Part shown: positions 1 to 5,977 of the stretch, in pieces
How the letters are laid out: every line of letters starts with the position of its first letter
How positions within the stretch are numbered: the first letter of the stretch is position 1
Source: Amoebophrya sp. A120
Lineage: Eukaryota > Protista > Dinoflagellata
DNA: 5,977 nt
Assembly (NCBI GenBank): GCA_905178155.1
Contig: CAJINV010000008.1
Coordinates: forward strand, 2,659,471 to 2,665,447
Direction: 5' to 3'
Translations under genes and position numbers: made by a program
The notes under the pieces: generated by a model
Databases searched by the model: none
Told to the model about the DNA's origin: nothing
Seen by the model: only the letters and a program-made list of their open reading frames with translations

Positions 1-71
1 GGCACTGAAACAGCATGACAAACATCTGCCGCAATCTTCCATACCCAGATCGATATTTTTTGCAATGCGTA
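1..71. mobile_element. Right end of a related introner, intronic, truncated by the window start
   Basis: GCATGACAAAC...CTTCCATACCCAGATCGATATTTTTTGCAATGCGTA resembles the right end of 5378-5642 (GCATGACAAAC...CTTCCAGACCCAGACATTTTTACATTTGATA). Its reverse complement TACGCATTGCAAAAA resembles the family terminus TATGGATTGCAAAAA. On the minus strand TGG|GTACGC offers a GT donor at 72-71. Confidence 0.75.
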
Positions 72-491
72 CCCACTGCTGCACCACGATTTGCTGGCCG
101 ATATCAAACACGACCGACAAGAGCATGGAGATCACCAGAAGCAGGTTCTGCCAATTCAGGTAAGACACGGGCGTTTTTACGGCTGCACGATCCTCGTTGC
201 TGCTGGTGTTTCTGGAGGCGTCCTCCTCCAGTACGTCAATGTCTCTAGCCGCTGTATTTTCATGTTGAGTCCCCGACGTTTGTTGAAGATCATCATGGTC
301 CTCAACTACATTTTGGTCGTCTAGTTGGTCGCGACGCGAATCATCTTCGGCGCCGTTGGTCTTATTTCTAGATGAACCACCAAACGCCAAATCCAGGTAG
401 AATTTCGAGAGTCGCCAGGACAGCTGGGCCGCGCCCCGTTCCGACTGTAGCGTGGACAGGCTGCTCGAACGGAGCCGGTGTTGGAACTCCT
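72..491 (-). CDS. Downstream exon of the same ABCC transporter (start of TMD2)
   Basis: Stop-free frame that joins ...INEKFV after removal of 215 nt: KEFQHRLRSSSLSTLQSERGAAQLSWRLSKFYLDLAFGG...PVSYLNWQNLLLVISMLLSVVFDIGQQIVVQQW. The first part resembles the ABCC pre-TMD2 'E...G.v.w..y..Y....GG' motif; the last is a hydrophobic helix ending in W. Missing from the ORF track. Confidence 0.82.
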
Positions 492-496
492 TCACG

Positions 497-706
497 TATC
501 CAAGAAAAAAACTGTGTAAGTGTAACTCTGTAGCGAGAATAGCATCACAAATTCGCTTTGCATTGCAGGGAAAACCTGTCATGCGCAACTAGCACGTGGA
601 AACACGTGTGAAAGTAGCCTATGACGCAGACTCAGCATGACAAGTGTAACAGTTTTGCACTTTCTGCATCACAGACTTACACTCGAAAAATTTTTTTTCT
701 TGCATA
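497..706. mobile_element. MITE-like introner (210 bp) of a second family forming an intron; imperfect ~35-bp TIRs, 5-bp direct repeat TCACG
   Basis: 497-511 TATCCAAGAAAAAAA versus reverse complement of 692-706 TATGCAAGAAAAAAA (14/15). 519-531 AGTGTAACTCTGT versus reverse complement of 671-683 AGTGTAAGTCTGT (12/13). TCACG at 492-496 and 707-711. Contains the TGA (669-671) that ends the ORF-track ORF. Confidence 0.88.
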
Positions 707-3700
707 TCACGAACTTCTCGTTGATTGGCTCCGTCAAATGCCCGTCCAGCAACTGCTTCGAGGTCTCAAGAACTTCACACAGGTAAACCGGGTGCTGGTA
801 TTCCGGATTCATCACGAGCAAAGAACTGGGGTAATATGAGGAGGATGAATGTGGCCCATACTGCGGCTCATCGCCAGCGGGAGGTGCAGGCGGAGAGATG
901 ATATTAACATGCGGCGCGATGGAATCACTGGTTTCTACTGCTTCTTCTCGAGTGCTGGACAGTCGCATTTCTGCAGCAGACAGATCAGGTTCTGGCTGTT
1001 CTTCCTGTGCAGAGGTAACATGATTTCCTGGTCCCCTTGTCGTGTCTCTTGTCGCCGTCCCTTGTTTTCCTGTCTCGTTCATCAACATTCCGCCGTGCTT
1101 CGGACTGGTTTGCGTTTCCGCGTTGGCGAGCAGCACTGGACGCAAGCGCAGATCCGTCCGCGCGGAGCGTGGGATGAAATAAGGGGCCTTATAGCCAGCG
1201 CCAGCAGGAACGCCGAGGGTCGCGGCGATTCGGGTGCGCAAAGTCGCATCTTGCAGATCCTCCCTGCCGCTCCCACTGTCGACAAGCAGAGCATCCAGCG
1301 CCAGATCCCGTCGGAACGCGTCCACCGTACGCGGCCGGCTCACTGTCGACGTGGCTTCGCTCTGTGCGCCCGACACACTTTGGTCGGTGTTGTTCATCGC
1401 ATACGAAATTCGATTTCTCCCATCGTTCGTAGTTCCCTCGTGGTCCAACAGAGGCAGGTCCAGCAGCAGAGGCCGCGGGTCGGCCGCCCCCAGCAGAGGC
1501 GTTGCCAGCTGCGACGTTGAGGACGGAAAATCCAGAGCGGTTGAAGATCGCGGGGACAGCGGACTGGCACTGAAAAGGTCCGCGGCCCCGTGCCATGACG
1601 GGCGCGGCAGCAATGCTTGCAGAAAGTCAGAAGCAGTAGTCTTTGTTGCTGTAGTCTCCTGATTTAATATTGTTTTGCCGTCCTGCGAAGAAGTCCGCGA
1701 CTTCCGCAATCGCACCTTCCCGTCGGCGCGCCGGTTCGGGTTCACCAGGGTCTCCTGCTGCGCCGGCTGCACTTTTTGCTCCCCTTTCGCAGAGCCGGGA
1801 ACAGACGCTTGCTGCTGTAGTACAGCTCCAAAATCAGCGGCGGCAGTGTTCGTGCCTTTATTCTTATTTTCCGTCGATAGCAGTATTGAATCACGTTGTT
1901 CAGAAGTTGTACCTTCCCGCCGGTTCTTCTTTGCCTGATCTGGCTCCAACTTCTCCCCAGCTGCACCCTCGCCCTGCCCGTCCGCTTCCGGTTCGCTCAT
2001 TTCGAGCACGCTCAGCCGAAAGTGATCCCGCGAGACTGGCGGCGAGGGTGTCGATAGCGACTTGTTGCTCAGCGAAAGCTTCGGATTCGACGTGGAATTC
2101 TGTAAGGAGAGAGAGAGTTCAGGAACAAACAGTTTACTCGTCGCAGAATTATCGCTTTTCCTCACAGGGGTCTTGGCACCCTGTAGCAACGGCGACCTTC
2201 GAAAAGCCTCAATTTTCGCCTCGCTTTCCTTCTGTATGTCGTCGAACAGCTTCAAATCCCTTGGGGTCAGGGAAGCGAGACGAGGTGGAAAAGAAAACAA
2301 CGCGGCTTCTTGACCTCCAATCGTGAGCGCAGGAAAATCAGTAACAGCATCGTTATCCTGCGATAAACTTCTGCCAAAAAAAGGAGGTAGTTGATCCGGC
2401 GCCTCGTCGGTACTGTCATCCTGCGCTTTTGCAGGAGAGCCTGACTCGTCGTCTGCGGTGACGTGCGACAAAGTGAGTACCTCCACCATCGCACTGGCGT
2501 CGAGATCCGCGGAAGACGCGCCAGAGGCAAAGCGTCGCCGCATGAGCGCTCCCGGGCCCAAGTGCGCCGTCGATGCTCCGGGGTACACAAAGTATGCTTT
2601 AGCCTTCGAAGACCGCGACTTTGCTTTTGCGGACGATGATAATTGCTGGTGATGTGCAAAAACCTGCCGTGGCGTTGTAGGCATCGGTTCTTGTTGTTCG
2701 GCATCCGGGTTTAACATATTTTTGCGGTCCTGTTCATCCACAGAATCACTGGGATTGTTTTCTGCATCTCCGTCTAGTGCAATTTTGCCCTCGAGGGCCG
2801 TCGTTGGCATGATCCGTTCCTCGGGTTCGTGCCTGTAAACGTGGTCAAGCGAGGAGTCGGGGAGTGTCGCCTGCGATTCTTCTGCGCGTAACAGTCCTGG
2901 TGATTCACTTGGACCTAGAATAGCCGGAGCTGCCACTGCGCCCTCCTGTGCTCCTAGTATCTGTATCACCTCCGACGAAAGGGAAAGATCCAACGGCTCT
3001 TCGGGAAGTGTCGGAAGCAAATCTACTAAGTAATGCAGCTCCTCGTGTTTAGTTGTGGGCGTGGCTGCAGCAGCTGATGTCTGGTGTGTTGTCTCCGTGG
3101 TTTTGATATTGGTCCCAGCAGACGGCAGCTCACCATGCTTCGCGCCGCTTCGCTGCAAAAACTCTTCGACGTCCGCGAGGGACTGCATCTTTTTGACGCG
3201 ATAGCACGACGATGTCGAACTAGAAGGGGTTGATGTGCAATGACTGGAAGAACTACCTTCCCCCTCCACCAATTCCAGCACCGTGACCCTCCCGCTATTC
3301 CACAGCTCAGCGGCTTCGTCGGAAAAGAAAAGCTGAGCAGCTTTTGATTTTCCCTGTTCGCTTTTCTTCTCGTTCTTTGTGCCATATCTTTTCATCGACT
3401 CCAGCAGGAAGTGCAGTTGGTGAGTGGCCAGGACGACCGCGCACTTCTTCTCGACCACGCACGGCTCCCATACGCACTCGCTCCAGATTTTCTCGCCCGT
3501 CGTCGCGTCCACCGCCGACAACACATCGTCCAGGAAAAGTAACTCCGGCTCCGCGTACAGCGCGCGCGCGAGGGAGACACGCGTCTTCTGTCCCCCGGAC
3601 AGTTGCACGCCCTTGGCACCCACCAGGGTGCCGTCGTAGTCGGGCGCGAAGCGGTTCAGGTCGGGCCGGAGCTGGCACTTCTCGATCACGGTGTCGTACA

Positions 3701-5377
3701 GTGCATTCTTGTTTATTTCGCGGGTCGTGGATGAGAGGACAGAAGCATCGTCTACTTTATTAGCTTCCCGTTGTTCCTTCTCTCGCAAGCCGCCAGCCTC
3801 ATGATAAGCATCTTCCGTCGTGACGCTTTTTTTCTTGAAAAGAATGTTATCCTTGATGCTCCCACCCATAAGAAACGGCTTCTGTGCGACAAAGGCCGTT
3901 TTCACGTCGCGCGGAATCAAAATGCGCGTCGTTTTGCTTGAAACTTTCCTGGCAGGTAGCGGGCTGTTGCTAGAAAGCAAGAACTCACGACGCACGGGTG
4001 CGCCTGTGGAGGTCTCTCGGTGGTCCTTCTGGCTGTTCGGCCCCGGAGAAGTTGTGCAGGTCGTGGTGGAGGTCATCAACGACAACAGATCGATCTCCGT
4101 TGTACCAGCAGCCGCGAACGTACTAGAATTTGCCTCTTCGTGAACGAACTTCTTTCCGTCGTCCAGGATCAAGTCGGAGTAACCCGAGAAACTCCCGCTC
4201 CCGAGCGCCTGCAGCAGTGTCGACTTTCCGGAGCCGACCTTCCCGACGACTAAAATCAGCTGCCCAGGGACGATTTCCACTTCGCTCTTCGTAGCAGTTT
4301 TCTTGGATGAAAGCGAAAGGCTTGTTACTGCGCTAGTACCACGATGATTGCAATTCCATTCCTGCTTTGTCGTCATTACTTCGCCGAACATGGCGAGCGG
4401 GACCTCGAGACGAAATCCAGGCGACGACTTTACATCTTTTCCCGACTCGCTTAAAGTCACGCTTGTGTCGGTTTGTTGTTGCTCTCGTCCACCTTCTTCT
4501 GTCGCTAACTTCGACTCGTCTCCTCCCGTGGTGCCAGTACTGTCCGACCCAGGTATAGCTGCACTCTTAGGACTGTAACCGAGGTGGAAGCTGCAACCTG
4601 CGTCGAGCGGTGGTTGATGTCCTCTGATCGCTATGTTCTTGCCACTGTTGCTGCAGCTGGCGGTGGTGGTAGTAGTAGTGCTTCCAGTCAGATTTTCAAG
4701 ATGTTGCACCACTCGAGGACTTCTTTCCGACATAGCATCTTCTTGCGCGTCCGCTTCCTCCGCAACAAGAACGATCGACAGCAGGCTGCTCCTACTAGTA
4801 GTAGCCTCTACCGTCCTTTTATCATAATCCAGCACATTCGTGAACGCGGTAAAGGAGTTTTTCGACAGAACCCGAGGCTTGGAATTCTCGTCGTCGACGT
4901 GCACGACGACACTTTCGTTGTCGCCAAAAGTTCGTTTGATCTCTGGGTGGTGGTCTACGTCTGCTCCTGCACGAGGAAGCTCTACTGAGTCAGCATCATT
5001 ATACACTGCGTGGTCATAGTCTTCCAAAAACTGCATCGCCCGGTGGAAGGTCGGCGCGGTTTTCGCACAGACCCGCACGAGGTGCCTTGTCCGTCCGACC
5101 ACCAGGTGCTTCAGCTTCTCGCTGATCAGGAAGACGGCGAACGCGTTCTCCGGGAGCAGAACCGCGGTCGGGTCGGTTAACACAAAGACCGCAATCATCA
5201 CCGGAAACACGCACTCCTCGATCAGTTGGGTGAAGGCATCCGCAGCCGCCTGCGCCACCTGCGACCGCCACAGGCTCTGCAGCTCCAGCGCCCGGGCCTC
5301 CTGTAGGAGGTCAAACCACCGCTGCTCCCAGTTCTGCAGCTTGATCAGCTTCACGTTCGTCACGAAGTTCGTCAGCC
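707..5377 (-). CDS. Large internal exon of an ABCC/MRP-subfamily ABC transporter (end of TMD1, NBD1, very long linker); gene partial in this window
   Basis: Core of the 669..5501 ORF. TMD1 motif [33 protein letters not shown] resembles ABCC 'IK.IK..aWE..f...i...R..El'. Walker [10 protein letters not shown] 4218-4244, Q-loop [20 protein letters not shown], signature [23 protein letters not shown] (LSGGQ 3588-3602), Walker B/D-loop [12 protein letters not shown] (LLFLDD 3525-3542), H-loop [10 protein letters not shown] (~3417-3428). Both ends are set by TIR elements and are ambiguous by about 5 nt because of the direct repeats. Confidence 0.93.
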
Positions 5378-5642
5378 TATGGATTGCAAAAATGTCTGGG
5401 TCTGGAAAGTTGGAACTTGTGATGCTGCATTTGGATTCTAAAAAAATCTGTATTGCATGAGCAGCAAAGAGAGTCCAAGTTTTGCTACACGGTAAGCGCA
5501 TTTGTCATGCGGTATAGGCATCAGGAAGCCCTCACGACAAAATCTGTGATGCTAGGGCATGCATCACAGACATCAGGAGTCATGCAAAATGTGCATGACA
5601 AACCTTGGACCCTTCCAGACCCAGACATTTTTACATTTGATA
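5378..5642. mobile_element. MITE-like introner (265 bp) forming an intron; 30-bp TIRs, 5-bp direct repeat CAGCC
   Basis: Left end 5378-5407 TATGGATTGCAAAAATGTCTGGGTCTGGAA versus reverse complement of 5613-5642 TATCAAATGTAAAAATGTCTGGGTCTGGAA (26/30, inner 20 bp perfect). CAGCC at 5373-5377 and 5643-5647. Read-through on the minus strand hits TAA (ctg tat caa atg taa). Confidence 0.92.
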
Positions 5643-5647
5643 CAGCC

Positions 5648-5703
5648 TCCGCACGTGCAAGTCCCGGGCCTCGGACAGCTCCTTTTGGTACACCTGCACG
5701 AAT
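5648..5703 (-). CDS. Small upstream exon of the same ABCC transporter (TMD1 cytoplasmic loop)
   Basis: Reads F-V-Q-V-Y-Q-K-E-L-S-E-A-R-D-L-H-V-R with GC3-rich codons. After removal of 270 nt it joins in frame to [14 protein letters not shown], matching the ABCC 'Q..l....D.R....E....IK.IK' segment. This frame is missing from the ORF track. Confidence 0.85.
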
Positions 5704-5977
5704 TATGGATTGCAAAAATGTCTGGGTCTGAAAGAGTGGAACTTGTAATGCTGTCTGCGGATTCTAAAAATATCTGTGTTGCGTGAGCAGTAAGAGCCTG
5801 CTAGTTTGTGCTACGCGGGGAGGGCGTTTGTCATGCGGAGTAGGCATCAGGAAGCCCTCTAAAAATATTGATAGTCATATCTACAATTTCATCGCAAGAC
5901 TCACGAATAATTCAATTTCGTGAATAATTCAAATTGAATAATTCAATTTCGTGAATAATTCAAATTGAATAATTCAA
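5704..5977. mobile_element. Second copy of the 5378-5642 introner family, intronic, truncated by the window end; homology stops at 5859
   Basis: 5704-5859 aligns ungapped to 5378-5533 at about 125/156 identity (hand count). The first 27 bp are identical, and homology begins exactly at the TIR start TAT. Confidence 0.85.
5905..5977. repeat. Perfect AT-rich tandem repeat, 31-bp unit GAATAATTCAATTTCGTGAATAATTCAAATT (2 units plus a partial one, runs off the window)
   Basis: GAATAATTCAA at 5905, 5922, 5936, 5953 and 5967, with alternating spacers TTTCGT and ATT. Confidence 0.95.

Noticed and set aside
849-4988. Numerous short antisense and alternate-frame ORFs
   Set aside because: Shadow ORFs of a GC-rich coding exon, with no recognisable domains.
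669-5501. The 1610-aa ORF as a complete single-exon gene
   Set aside because: Its first ~41 aa (MRLPC...FAIH) and last ~12 aa ([12 protein letters not shown]) are read-through into TIR elements. ABCC similarity continues in separate exons on both sides.
497-5642. Assignment of the elements to a named transposon superfamily, or an encoded transposase
   Set aside because: No transposase ORF is present, and TAT...ATA ends with a 5-bp duplication are not enough for me to name a superfamily.
5230-5786. Plus-strand ORFs sharing LWIAKMSGS (5230..5460, 5559..5786) as a small paralogous protein family
   Set aside because: The similarity is just translation of the repeated non-coding element; there are no protein motifs.
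5697-5908. CACGAAT at 5697-5703 and 5902-5908 as the direct repeat closing the last intron
   Set aside because: No matching TIR precedes 5902, and the implied upstream exon would be the AT-rich repeat, which has an in-frame TGA on the minus strand.
5905-5977. CRISPR array or telomeric repeat
   Set aside because: Spacers are 3 and 6 nt and themselves repeated, there are no cas genes, the context is eukaryotic, and there is no G-rich telomere-type unit.
1-5977. Pseudogene disrupted by MITEs
   Set aside because: Not favoured: about 5.1 kb of exon has no stops or frameshifts, the NBD motifs are intact, and both complete elements excise in frame. Only transcript data can exclude it fully.

Overview
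Eukaryotic (protist-like) genomic window. It holds the internal part of one minus-strand gene encoding a greatly expanded ABCC/MRP-type ABC transporter: end of TMD1, NBD1, a ~900-aa low-complexity linker and the start of TMD2. The gene is split into three visible exons (~5648-5703, ~707-5377, ~72-491) by four introns that look like MITE-type DNA transposons (introners). The two complete ones (497-706 and 5378-5642) start TAT, end ATA, have terminal inverted repeats and are flanked by exact 5-bp direct repeats. Removing each element plus one repeat copy restores a continuous ABCC reading frame, and in that exact register neither junction is GT-AG. The two edge-truncated elements (1-71, 5704-end) are relatives of 5378-5642. 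All four share a GCAT(C/G)ACA motif. The last element switches into AT-rich sequence with a perfect 31-bp tandem repeat. The architecture resembles the IR/DR introner-type non-canonical introns known from the parasitic dinoflagellate Amoebophrya; that taxon call is inference only. All alignments and counts were done by eye.
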